From the NCBI GenBank assembly GCA_049720225.1, contig JBNASD010000004.1:1117-65116 (forward strand): a stretch of 64,000 nucleotides of DNA. Direction: 5' to 3'. Shown piece by piece: positions 8,955-18,119 of the stretch. How positions within the stretch are numbered: position 1 is the first letter of the stretch; every line of letters starts with the position of its first letter. The stretch is from Microgenomates group bacterium. GTDB taxonomy: Bacteria > Patescibacteriota > Microgenomatia > PFEM01 > JBNASD01. A program made the translations under genes and the position numbers. The notes under the pieces are model-generated. The model had not been told where the DNA came from. It saw only the letters and a list, made by a program, of their open reading frames with translations, and did not search any database.

Positions 8955-11138
8955 TCAATCTTTAATGAGGGGGTAGGAAATTAATTGAGAATTTTCCGGT
9001 TGAGGACAATCTAAACAATACTTACTTCCTAAAATATCAGTAATTATTTGTTTTTCTTGAATTTCTTTGTTTTCTGGAGGAGTATCTTTATCTGCCAGCT
9101 GACCATTAGTTTTGTCAATCTCTACCAACTGGCGAAGATTTTCTCTTTCTTTAGGAGTAGTTCCTTCAATAAAATATTCAAATCGCGTTGGACAGGGATT
9201 TTCGGGATTGGGAAGTTTTCCTGATAAAAGACAAATGCTTTCTCCAACAATTCCCTCTGGTTTTAAAGGCCATTCTTGCGGTTTGTCTTTTAAAACATAA
9301 GAAATAATTTTATTCCAAATCGGCGAAGCGCCGGTTACTCCTGAAGCAACATAACTCATTGGAGAATTATCGTTATTGCCTACCCAAACAACCACCATGA
9401 CTGAAGGATTCCAGCCAATTGTCCAATTATCTCTTAAATCGTTAGTAGTTCCGGTTTTTACCGAAACTTCAGGATGATTTTTAACTACTAACCAGGAAGA
9501 AGGACCAAACATTGGTTGGCGGGCGTTATTATCAAGTAAAATATGGTTAATTAAATAAGCGGTTTCCATTGATAACAATCGCGGACCTTCTTTTGGTTGA
9601 TGTTCATATAGAATTTTTCCATTTTGATCTTCAACTTTTTGAATAGTCCATAAATCTTGGCGAATTCCTAAATTAGGAAAAATCGAAAAGGCGGTAGCCA
9701 TGTCATACATAGTAACCTCCCCTCCACCTAAAGTTAAAGAAAGGCCATATTTAGAGGGATCTTTCCACGTGGTAATTCCCATTGCGGATGCAGAGGCAAT
9801 AAAATCTTCTATTCCATTTAAAGCTAATACTTTAACGGCGGGAATATTGTAAGAATTTCCTAAAGCAAATCTTACTTGAACCGGGCCATGGAACTGACCG
9901 TCATAATTTTTAGGACAATAAAGTTTTTGACCGGGTACCTGAAAACAGGTGGGAATATCGTTTAAAACAGTAGCAGGGGTAATTAACTTTCTTTCTAAAG
10001 CGACTGCGTAGTTAAGAGGTTTGATTGCCGAACCGGGCTGGCGAGGGCGTAAAACTAAATTAACATTTCCATCGATTTCTTTATCAAAATAATTACGAGA
10101 GCCAACCATTGCCAAGATTTCTCCGGTTTTGGGATTAGTTACTAACGCCGTTCCATTGGAAACTTTCAGTTTTTTTAATTTAGCTACTTCCGAAGCTACC
10201 GTTTGCTGGCTAAAATTTTGTAAGTCTAAATCTAAAGTGGTAGTAACTCGTAATCCCCCTTGTTCAACCGTTTTTTCCCCATACATTTCTACTAAAAGTT
10301 CTTTGACATATAAAACAAAATGAGGAGCTTTGATTCCCGTTAAAGCAGGAGCATATTTGAGTGGTTCTTCTTCTGCTTTCTTTCTTTCTTCTTCGGTAAT
10401 ATATCCATCTTCCTTCATTCTTTGTAAAACTCTTTTTTGTCTTTCCTTGGCAAGTTCCGGATGAGCGCCAAAAGGAGAAAAACGCGTGGGAGAGGCGGGT
10501 AAACCAGCTAATAATGCCGCTTCAGCTAAACTTAAATCTTTAGCGGATTTGCCAAAATAAGTTTGGGCCGCCGCCTCAATACCCCAAGCTGTTCCTCCGT
10601 ATGGGGTTTGATTAAGATACATTTCTAAAATTTCATCCTTCGAATAAGCAACTTCCGTGGCGATAGTTAAAACCGCCTCCCTAATTTTTCTTCTTAAAGT
10701 TCGTCGAGGATCTTCGAGTAACGCATTTTTTACTAATTGTTGGGTAATGGTAGAGCCACCTTGAAGGGTTTGGTGGAAGATAATATTGTAAGTAGCTCTT
10801 AAAATTCCGCCAAAATCAAACCCCCAATGACGATAAAAATTTTTATCTTCAGAAGCGATTGTTGCCCATTTTACATGCTCTGGTAAATCTTTAAGTTTAA
10901 CTGGCATTCGATTCTTTTCTGCATAAATTTCATAAAGGAGATTTCCCTTTCGATCATAAATTAAGGTAGAAGCGGGAAAGGAATATGAAGAAAGTTTATT
11001 TGGTAAAGGTAAATCCCAAAAAAGCCATAACCCTAATAATAAAATTATTCCTCCCGAAATAAAAAAAATTATTTTTTTCGATTTTCTTAATTTTTTAATA
11101 GTCTTTTTAATTTCGGTTTTTGACATTTTCTTTACCAT
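8955..11138 (-). CDS. Class A penicillin-binding protein, paralog 2; start moved to MVKK
   Basis: EDKNFYRHWG, GGSTITQQL, GSAIK, SYN, KTGT; TATAAT 6 nt upstream of ATG 11138; the longer start overlaps the divergent gene. Confidence 0.92.
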   Translation of the reverse strand: MVKKMSKTEIKKTIKKLRKSKKIIFFISGGIILLLGLWLFWDLPLPNKLSSYSFPASTLIYDRKGNLLYEIYAEKNRMPVKLKDLPEHVKWATIASEDKNFYRHWGFDFGGILRATYNIIFHQTLQGGSTITQQLVKNALLEDPRRTLRRKIREAVLTIATEVAYSKDEILEMYLNQTPYGGTAWGIEAAAQTYFGKSAKDLSLAEAALLAGLPASPTRFSPFGAHPELAKERQKRVLQRMKEDGYITEEERKKAEEEPLKYAPALTGIKAPHFVLYVKELLVEMYGEKTVEQGGLRVTTTLDLDLQNFSQQTVASEVAKLKKLKVSNGTALVTNPKTGEILAMVGSRNYFDKEIDGNVNLVLRPRQPGSAIKPLNYAVALERKLITPATVLNDIPTCFQVPGQKLYCPKNYDGQFHGPVQVRFALGNSYNIPAVKVLALNGIEDFIASASAMGITTWKDPSKYGLSLTLGGGEVTMYDMATAFSIFPNLGIRQDLWTIQKVEDQNGKILYEHQPKEGPRLLSMETAYLINHILLDNNARQPMFGPSSWLVVKNHPEVSVKTGTTNDLRDNWTIGWNPSVMVVVWVGNNDNSPMSYVASGVTGASPIWNKIISYVLKDKPQEWPLKPEGIVGESICLLSGKLPNPENPCPTRFEYFIEGTTPKERENLRQLVEIDKTNGQLADKDTPPENKEIQEKQIITDILGSKYCLDCPQPENSQLISYPLIKD

Positions 11139-11158
11139 TGAGTTATTATAACTTAAAG
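11139..11158. promoter_or_regulatory. Candidate bidirectional -10 region between divergent genes (20 bp)
   Basis: Minus-strand TATAAT (11145-11150) overlaps plus-strand TATTAT (11144-11149). Confidence 0.45.
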
Positions 11159-11845
11159 ATGAAAATGAAAAAAATTTGGCATTGGGCTTTACCCAAAACA
11201 TCTTCTTCTTTAAAACACCCCTTTGCTTTATTTTCTTTTATTTTTGTTTTTTGGGCTATTTATCGTTATTTTCCAGGGATTCTTTCTGAATGGTTAGAAG
11301 AGCTAATTTTAAAACCGATTCTTTGGCTAGTTCCTACCTTATTTTTAGTAAAGAGAATAGAAAAAAATAGTTTAGAGTCTTTAGGTTTTACCAAAAAAAA
11401 CCTTTTTCCTTCATTATATTGGGGAATTGGATTAGGGATGATTTTTGCCCTCGAGGGATTAGGAACTAATATTCTGAAGTATAAAACGATAAATTTTGCC
11501 AATTTTTCTTATGCTCCTTTAACTTTTTTAGGAAGTCTATTTATTTCTTTTGCGACTGCTTTTACTGAAGAAACAGTATTTCGGGGATATATTTTTTCTC
11601 GTTTGTGGAAAATTTGGAAAAATGAATGGTTGGCAGGATTAGTCTCCTCTTTTCTTTTTACTTTAATTCACTTACCAATTGCCGTTTTTGTCTTAGGCTA
11701 TACTTTTCAGACGATGTTAATTTTTCTATTTTTGGTTTTTACTTTTGGTTTTGCTTCTGCTTTTGTCTTTTCTCAAACCCAAAATATTGCTTCTAGTATT
11801 TTACTTCATGTTTTTTGGTCCTGGCCAATAATTTTATTTAGGTAA
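11159..11845 (+). CDS. CPBP (Abi/CAAX) intramembrane metalloprotease
   Basis: EETVFRG, FTLIH, LLHVFW motifs; multiple TM. Confidence 0.88.
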   Translation: MKMKKIWHWALPKTSSSLKHPFALFSFIFVFWAIYRYFPGILSEWLEELILKPILWLVPTLFLVKRIEKNSLESLGFTKKNLFPSLYWGIGLGMIFALEGLGTNILKYKTINFANFSYAPLTFLGSLFISFATAFTEETVFRGYIFSRLWKIWKNEWLAGLVSSFLFTLIHLPIAVFVLGYTFQTMLIFLFLVFTFGFASAFVFSQTQNIASSILLHVFWSWPIILFR

Positions 11846-11851
11846 TTGGAA

Positions 11852-12466
11852 ATGAAATTACCAAAAAGAATAAAAGAGATTAAATTTTTAAACTTATTAA
11901 TAATTGTTTGTTCTTTAATTTTTGCTTTTTTAATCCTTTTTGTTTCGATTTTAAAAAGTTCAGTTTCGCAAAGAGATTTTTCTTCTTTAATTTCCGACCA
12001 ACCTTCTGTTTTAAAGGAAGAACTAGGCGAGTATTTCTTAGTTAACCCAGGAATTCTTCCTGATCATTTTTTATATCCTCTAAAAATGATTAGAGATAGG
12101 TTGAAAATAATTTTTACTTTTGATTCCCTTAAAAAAGCTCAACTTTATTTGCTTTATGCCGATAAAAGACTGGCTGCCGGAAAGGCGTTAGTTGAGAAAG
12201 GAAAAATTAAATTAGGGATTTCTACCCTTAGCAAAGGAGAAAAATATCTAGAAAAAGCCTTTCTAGAGCAAAAAATTGCTAAAAAAGAAGGAAAAAACAC
12301 TGATAAATTTTTAAAAAAGCTATATTTAGCAAGTCAAAAACATAAAGAAGTTTTGTTAGAAATTTTTTCTTTAATTGAGAGCGGAGAAGAAAAAAATTCT
12401 TTAAAATCCCTTTTAGATTATCCAGAAACAATTATTAAGGAAATTGATAAAGAATTAAATTTTTGA
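11852..12466 (+). CDS. DUF5667-like membrane-anchored helical protein
   Basis: PGILPDHFLYPLKMIRD...ADKRL. Confidence 0.7.
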   Translation: MKLPKRIKEIKFLNLLIIVCSLIFAFLILFVSILKSSVSQRDFSSLISDQPSVLKEELGEYFLVNPGILPDHFLYPLKMIRDRLKIIFTFDSLKKAQLYLLYADKRLAAGKALVEKGKIKLGISTLSKGEKYLEKAFLEQKIAKKEGKNTDKFLKKLYLASQKHKEVLLEIFSLIESGEEKNSLKSLLDYPETIIKEIDKELNF

Positions 12467-12609
12467 AGAATAATTCTTGGATAATTAAAGCTAATTTTTA
12501 GTTTTAAAAATTTTTTTTGATTTGCTTTGATATTTTAATTTCTACTTGACAACCTCAGGGAAAGAATGGTTAAGATAAATTATCTTCTTAAGTTAAGGAG
12601 GGCAGGCAA

Positions 12610-14859
12610 ATGAAAAAAACAAAATTACCGCGTGGGTTTTTAAAAGGCGAATGGACTCCTCAGGCAATTAAGGTAATGGAGGAAAGATATTTAATTAAGG
12701 ATTTAAGTGGAAAAATTTTAGAAACTCCTGAGGAAATGCTTTGGCGGGTGGCTAAGGAAATTGGAGGGGTAGAAGAAAAGTTTGGAGCAGATAAAAAAGA
12801 GACAGAAAAAATTACACGACAATTTTATGAAATAATGGTTAGACGTTGGTTTCTTCCTAATTCACCAACATTAATGAATGCGGGTCGGGGCAATAATTTA
12901 CAATATTCTGCCTGTTTTGTTCTTCCGGTAGGTGACTCTATACCAGAAATTTTTGAGGCAATTAAAAGAGCAGCTTTAATTCACCAAAGCGGAGGAGGAA
13001 CTGGTTTTTCCTTTTCTCGATTGCGTCCTAAAGGAAGTATTGTTCGTTCCACTCGGGGAGTCGCTTCTGGTCCGGTCTCTTTTATGCGGGTTTTTGATGC
13101 GGCAACGGCGGAAATTAAACAAGGAGGAATGAGACGGGGAGCCAATATGGGAGTTTTACGGGTTGACCATCCGGATATTTTGGAATTTATTGAAAGTAAA
13201 GCTTCCGGAGGAATTACTAACTTTAATATTTCCGTTGCCGCCACCGACGAATTTATGAGAGCAGTTAAAAAAGATGGTTATTATTGGCTTTATGATCCGT
13301 TTTTAAAAAAGAAAGTTAAAAAACTAAAAGCTAAAGAAATTTTTGAAAAAATTTGTCAAATGGCATGGGCAACTGGTGATCCGGGAATGATTTTTATTGA
13401 TCAAATGAATAAAGGACCAGCTAATCCAGTGCCAGAAATGGGACCAATTGAAGCAACCAATCCTTGCGGTGAACAGCCATTATATCCTAATGAGGCTTGT
13501 AATTTAGGGAGTATTAATTTAGCTTTAATGAGTAAAAAGGGAAAAAAACCAGAGGTTGATTGGGAAAAATTGGCCGAAGTGGTAAAATTGGCCGTTCGTT
13601 TTTTAGATAACGTAATTGAGGTTAATCCTTTTCCTTTGGAAGAAATTACTCAGACAGTTAAAGCTAATCGTCGAATTGGATTAGGAGTGATGGGTTGGGC
13701 AGACATGCTTTTTCAATTAGAAATTCCTTATGAGTCGAAAGTTGCCGTTAAATTAGGAGAAAAAATAATGAAATTTATTCAAAAAATAGGCCGACAAACT
13801 TCTCAGGAATTAGCTAAACAGCGGGGTCCTTTTCCTAATTTTTCTAAAAGTATTTATAAAAATGGACCTCCTTTAAGAAATGCAACGGTAACCACAATTG
13901 CTCCTACTGGTTCTCTTTCAATTTTAGCTAATTGTTCTTCAGGAATCGAGCCCTTGTTTGCTTTGGCCTATCGTCATAAAACTAAAGAAAGAGAATTAAA
14001 ATTTGTTAATCCTTATTTTTTGGAAGCAGCAAAAAAATATAGACTTTCAAAGGAAGTAATTCAAAAGGTTGAAGAGGAAGGAAGTTTAAGAAATGCTGAT
14101 GTTCCTTTAAAACTTAAAAAAATTTTTGCTACCGCTCACGAGATTTCTTGGAAAGGACACATTGATATGCAGGCCGCTTTTCAAAAAGGAACTGATAATG
14201 CGGTTTCTAAAACAATTAACTTTCCCCATGAAGCAACGGTTGATGAAGTAAGAAAGGCTTATCTTTATGCTTATCAAAAAGGTTGTTTAGGAATTACCGT
14301 TTATCGTGACCGTTGTAAAGAAGAGCAAGTTTTATATGCGGGAAAAGAAGAAAAGAAAAAATTAGAAATTAAACCAAGACCACCAGTAGTTTCAGGGAAG
14401 ACCTATCGTGTTAGCACACCGGTGGGAACCGCTTTTATTACCATTAATGTTAATGGTAATGAAGAACCTTTAGAGGTTTTTATTACTGTAGGAAAGGCGG
14501 GTTCTGATGTTCAAGCGGATGCAGAAGCAATTGGAAGATTAATTTCTTTATGTTTACGATTAGGGGCAGATTTTTCTCCAAAAGATGTTTTAACACAGAT
14601 TATTGATCAATTAGAAGGAATTGGCGGAAGTGAAAGTATTGGCTTTGGTAAAGAAAAAATTCGTTCTTTAGCGGATGGCGTAGCGAAAGTTTTGAAGAAT
14701 TATTTAACAGGAGACGAAAAGGTAGAAAAGGTAAGCGAACAACCAGTTTTACCCCAGATTAGTAAAATGAAAGATCTTTGTCCTAAATGTGGTCAAGCAA
14801 CTTTGATTTTTGAAGAGGGTTGCCTGAAGTGTTCTTATTGTGGCTATAATAAATGCTAA
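12610..14859 (+). CDS. nrdJ: Class II (adenosylcobalamin-dependent) ribonucleotide reductase with C-terminal TSCPD-like domain and Zn ribbon
   Basis: PNSPTLMNAG, SACFV, TNPCGEQPL, CNLGS, TIAPTG, CPKC..CSYC; AAGGAGG upstream. Confidence 0.93.
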   Translation: MKKTKLPRGFLKGEWTPQAIKVMEERYLIKDLSGKILETPEEMLWRVAKEIGGVEEKFGADKKETEKITRQFYEIMVRRWFLPNSPTLMNAGRGNNLQYSACFVLPVGDSIPEIFEAIKRAALIHQSGGGTGFSFSRLRPKGSIVRSTRGVASGPVSFMRVFDAATAEIKQGGMRRGANMGVLRVDHPDILEFIESKASGGITNFNISVAATDEFMRAVKKDGYYWLYDPFLKKKVKKLKAKEIFEKICQMAWATGDPGMIFIDQMNKGPANPVPEMGPIEATNPCGEQPLYPNEACNLGSINLALMSKKGKKPEVDWEKLAEVVKLAVRFLDNVIEVNPFPLEEITQTVKANRRIGLGVMGWADMLFQLEIPYESKVAVKLGEKIMKFIQKIGRQTSQELAKQRGPFPNFSKSIYKNGPPLRNATVTTIAPTGSLSILANCSSGIEPLFALAYRHKTKERELKFVNPYFLEAAKKYRLSKEVIQKVEEEGSLRNADVPLKLKKIFATAHEISWKGHIDMQAAFQKGTDNAVSKTINFPHEATVDEVRKAYLYAYQKGCLGITVYRDRCKEEQVLYAGKEEKKKLEIKPRPPVVSGKTYRVSTPVGTAFITINVNGNEEPLEVFITVGKAGSDVQADAEAIGRLISLCLRLGADFSPKDVLTQIIDQLEGIGGSESIGFGKEKIRSLADGVAKVLKNYLTGDEKVEKVSEQPVLPQISKMKDLCPKCGQATLIFEEGCLKCSYCGYNKC

Positions 14860-15317
14860 AAGATAATCATTGTTATACCTATTTAAAAGAGAAAAAATTA
14901 AAAAAATCAGAAAGAATTTTTTGGTTATTAGGATCGTTGGATGAGTTAAATGCTGTTTTGGGAATTGCTCGAGTTTTTGTTACCTCCTCCCATCTTAAAA
15001 AGAAGATTACTCTGATTCAGGAAGAAATTTTAACCGCAGGCAGTCAAATTGTTTTGGATAAAGACTTTACTAATTTTAAAGAAAAAACAGAGAGATTAGA
15101 AAAAGAAATCGAGCAAATTAAAAAACCCAAATTAAAAAAATTTATTAAACCAGGCAAGAAAAAAAGTGAGGTTTTTCTCCATTTTGCCAGAGTTATTTGT
15201 CGACGGGTAGAGAGAGAATTTGTAAAAGAAGAAAATAAAAAATGGCAAAACCTAATCGATTATCTTAATCGTCTCTCTCTTCTTCTTTTCTGGTGGGCGG
15301 TAAAAGAAAAAGAATAG
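14853..15317 (+). CDS. PduO-type cob(I)alamin adenosyltransferase-like protein with degenerate N-terminus
   Basis: GSLDELNAVLG, LHFARVICRRVER, YLNRLS; overlaps nrdJ stop. Confidence 0.78.
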   Translation: MLKDNHCYTYLKEKKLKKSERIFWLLGSLDELNAVLGIARVFVTSSHLKKKITLIQEEILTAGSQIVLDKDFTNFKEKTERLEKEIEQIKKPKLKKFIKPGKKKSEVFLHFARVICRRVEREFVKEENKKWQNLIDYLNRLSLLLFWWAVKEKE

Positions 15318-15339
15318 CAATGATGCTATAATAGTTTTA

Positions 15340-15666
15340 ATGAATCTTCCAGAAAAAGAAAAATTACCAGTTACCGAAAGACCATTTTTACCGGAAATCC
15401 CACCGGAAGTAGAGCATGTGGAAGTAACCGCAAAACAGGAGTTTTCTTTACCAACGCCAGTAATTGATGATAGTGGGCAGACATTATTAGATAATGCCGC
15501 CCCCCAGCAAGTAACAATTACCTTACCATTAACAGAAGAAGAAATGGTTCAGGCTTTACATTTAAAAATAATTTATGCCGCTCGTTGGTTAGCGGAATGG
15601 ACAAAAAGATTAATAAAAATTATTGGGGGGAGGTTTACTTATAAGTTAAAAACGAGTACTCAATAA
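15340..15666 (+). CDS. Hypothetical protein
   Basis: ORF preceded by TGcTATAAT; upstream of the ATPase gene. Confidence 0.7.
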   Translation: MNLPEKEKLPVTERPFLPEIPPEVEHVEVTAKQEFSLPTPVIDDSGQTLLDNAAPQQVTITLPLTEEEMVQALHLKIIYAARWLAEWTKRLIKIIGGRFTYKLKTSTQ

Positions 15667-15687
15667 TTAAAATAATTAAAAATTAAA

Positions 15688-18027
15688 ATGAATTCCATTG
15701 ATAGTTTTATTTCTCTTTTAAAGTATTATTTTATAATTGGCGGTCTAATTTTTCTTTCTTTAATTGGTTTAGCAATTTTAAGCTATGCTTTTCTTTTGTG
15801 GTGGCGCCATAAAGATCGCGAGAAACGTTCTTTAGAATATGTCGTTCTTCAAGTGGCAGTTCCTTTTGATAATGAAATTAAAATTGATGCCGCAGAACAA
15901 ATGTTTGCCTCTTTATATTCGATTAAAAAAGGAGGATTTTTAAAAAAATTTTTTCATCTTCAGCCCCATTTATGTTTAGAAATTGTTGCTAAACATGAGG
16001 ATATTCGCTTTTATGTCACCGTTCCTAAAAAACTTCAAGATTTGGTAGAAAAACAGATTCATTCTGCTTATCCTGATGCAGAAATTGTAGAAGTTCCTGA
16101 ATGGAATATTTTTACTCAAGAAGGTTGCGTGGCATTTGCGGAACTGGAAACTAAAAAATCAGTTTATGCGCCAATAAAATGTTATAAAGATTTACCAACA
16201 GATCCATTGGCGGGAATTACCACGGCTTTAGCTAAAATGGGACCAGAAGAGGGAGCAGCAATTCAAATTATGATTTATCCGGCTGATTCTGGTTGGCAAA
16301 AGAAGGGAAAAGAATACATCGCCAAGGTTAAAAAAACAGAAGCAGATCCTCAAAAAGCCAAGTTTAAGGTAGATGCAAGAACTTTAGAAGCAATTGAGAA
16401 TAAATGTAGTAAACCCGGTTTTAATACTATTATTAGAATAGTAACCGTTTCTTCAACTACCGAGGGAGCAAAGGTTCATTTAGACAATATTAAATCCACC
16501 TTTTCCCAATTTGCTTCTGATTTAAATTATTTTGGAAGCCGAAAAATTTGGTTTAAGACAGGTTTTATGATTGATTTTCTTTATCGTTATCAACCAATTT
16601 TCCGTTTTCGGGGAGTAAAAACGATTCTTAATTCTGAAGAATTAGCGACAGTTTTTCATTTTCCCAATAAACAAATAGAAACTCCTCATATTTACTGGCT
16701 TTATGCTAAAAGAGCTCCTGCTCCAATTCAAATCCCTAAACAAGGCCTTTATGTAGGAATGTCGGTTTATCGCGGAGTAAGAAGACCGGTTTATATTGCC
16801 GATGACGATCGTCGGCGACATATTTATATTATTGGAAAAACAGGCACAGGAAAAACCGAACTTTTGCGCGATTTTATTCTTCAAGACATTCGTGCGGGCA
16901 AAGGAGTTTGTTTAATTGACCCCCATGATTTAGCGGAAGATATTTTGAATTTTATTCCTCCGGAGCGAGCAGAAGAGGTGATTTATTTTGATCCTTCGGA
17001 TACCGAAAGACCAATGGGATTGAATCTTTTGGAAGCTTATACCGAAGATCAAAAACATATGGTAACTACCGCCATTATTAATTTAATGTATAAACTTTAT
17101 GATCCTTATAAAACTGGGATTATTGGTCCTCGTTTTGAACATGCCATTCGCAATGCGATGTTAACGGTGATGTCGGAACCAGGAAATACTTTCGTTGAGG
17201 TAGTTCGTTGTTTAACTGATTCTCGTTTTGTTCAAGAAATGTTGCCAAAAGTGACTGATCCGGTGGTTCGGCGTTATTGGACTGACCAAATTGCCCAAAC
17301 TTCTGATTTTCATAAGTCAGAAGTTTTAGATTATATTGTTTCTAAGTTTGGTCGTTTTGTTACCAACAAAATGATGCGGAATATTATTGGTCAATCAAAG
17401 TCCGCTTTTGATTTTAGAAAGGTAATGGACGAAGGAAAGATTTTAATTATTAATTTAGCAAAAGGAAAAATTGGTGAGGAGAATTCATCCTTTTTGGGTT
17501 TAGTTTTAGTGCCAAAAATTTTAATTGCGGCAATGAGTCGTGCCGATATTCCCGAGGAACAAAGGAAGGATTTTTATTTGTATGTCGATGAGTTTCAAAA
17601 CTTTGCCACTCCTGACTTTGCCCAAATCTTATCAGAGGCAAGAAAATATCGATTAAACTTGTGTGTTGCCAACCAATTTATTGGTCAAATGGAGGAAGAA
17701 ATTAAAAATGCGGTTTTTGGGAATATTGGAACTTTAATTGCTTTTAGAGTAGGAGTCACTGATGCTTCTTATTTACAACATGAATTTCAGCCAATTTTTG
17801 GCGAAGATGATTTGCTTAATATTGAACGGTTTCACGCTTATGTAAAAACGATTGTTCATAATGAGCCAGTTCCTCCTTTTTCTGTTGATTTAACCAAAGA
17901 TATGACTCTTTTGAAAAAACAGCGTAACCCGCGAGTGGGAGAATTAATAAAGCAACTTTCTCGTTTACGCTATGGAGTGGCGCGAGAAATAGTCGAAGCG
18001 GAAATTGCCCAAAGAGCAAGATTATAG
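15688..18027 (+). CDS. Membrane-anchored VirD4/TraG/HerA-like ATPase
   Basis: Walker A GKTGTGKT, Walker B LYVDEFQNF, SEARKY, ANQF. Confidence 0.85.
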   Translation: MNSIDSFISLLKYYFIIGGLIFLSLIGLAILSYAFLLWWRHKDREKRSLEYVVLQVAVPFDNEIKIDAAEQMFASLYSIKKGGFLKKFFHLQPHLCLEIVAKHEDIRFYVTVPKKLQDLVEKQIHSAYPDAEIVEVPEWNIFTQEGCVAFAELETKKSVYAPIKCYKDLPTDPLAGITTALAKMGPEEGAAIQIMIYPADSGWQKKGKEYIAKVKKTEADPQKAKFKVDARTLEAIENKCSKPGFNTIIRIVTVSSTTEGAKVHLDNIKSTFSQFASDLNYFGSRKIWFKTGFMIDFLYRYQPIFRFRGVKTILNSEELATVFHFPNKQIETPHIYWLYAKRAPAPIQIPKQGLYVGMSVYRGVRRPVYIADDDRRRHIYIIGKTGTGKTELLRDFILQDIRAGKGVCLIDPHDLAEDILNFIPPERAEEVIYFDPSDTERPMGLNLLEAYTEDQKHMVTTAIINLMYKLYDPYKTGIIGPRFEHAIRNAMLTVMSEPGNTFVEVVRCLTDSRFVQEMLPKVTDPVVRRYWTDQIAQTSDFHKSEVLDYIVSKFGRFVTNKMMRNIIGQSKSAFDFRKVMDEGKILIINLAKGKIGEENSSFLGLVLVPKILIAAMSRADIPEEQRKDFYLYVDEFQNFATPDFAQILSEARKYRLNLCVANQFIGQMEEEIKNAVFGNIGTLIAFRVGVTDASYLQHEFQPIFGEDDLLNIERFHAYVKTIVHNEPVPPFSVDLTKDMTLLKKQRNPRVGELIKQLSRLRYGVAREIVEAEIAQRARL

Positions 18028-18044
18028 TATAATTTTTAAAAATT

Positions 18045-18117
18045 GGGCGTGTAGCTCAGCGGTTAGAGCACCACTCTTATAAAGTGGGAGTCGGTGGTTC
18101 GAATCCACCCACGCCCA
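18045..18117 (+). tRNA. tRNA-Ile(UAU), CCA not encoded
   Basis: Acceptor GGGCGTG/CACGCCC, anticodon arm CCACT-CTTATAA-AGTGG, T arm GGTGG-TTCGAAT-CCACC. Confidence 0.92.
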
Positions 18118-18119
18118 CT

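Noticed and set aside
3965-10568. Diversity-generating retroelement TR/VR pair
   Set aside because: Mismatches are not adenine-specific, both copies lie in conserved coding regions, and no reverse transcriptase is present
11159-11845. CPBP protease as RiPP immunity or leader peptidase
   Set aside because: About 23 kb from the RiPP locus with no linking evidence
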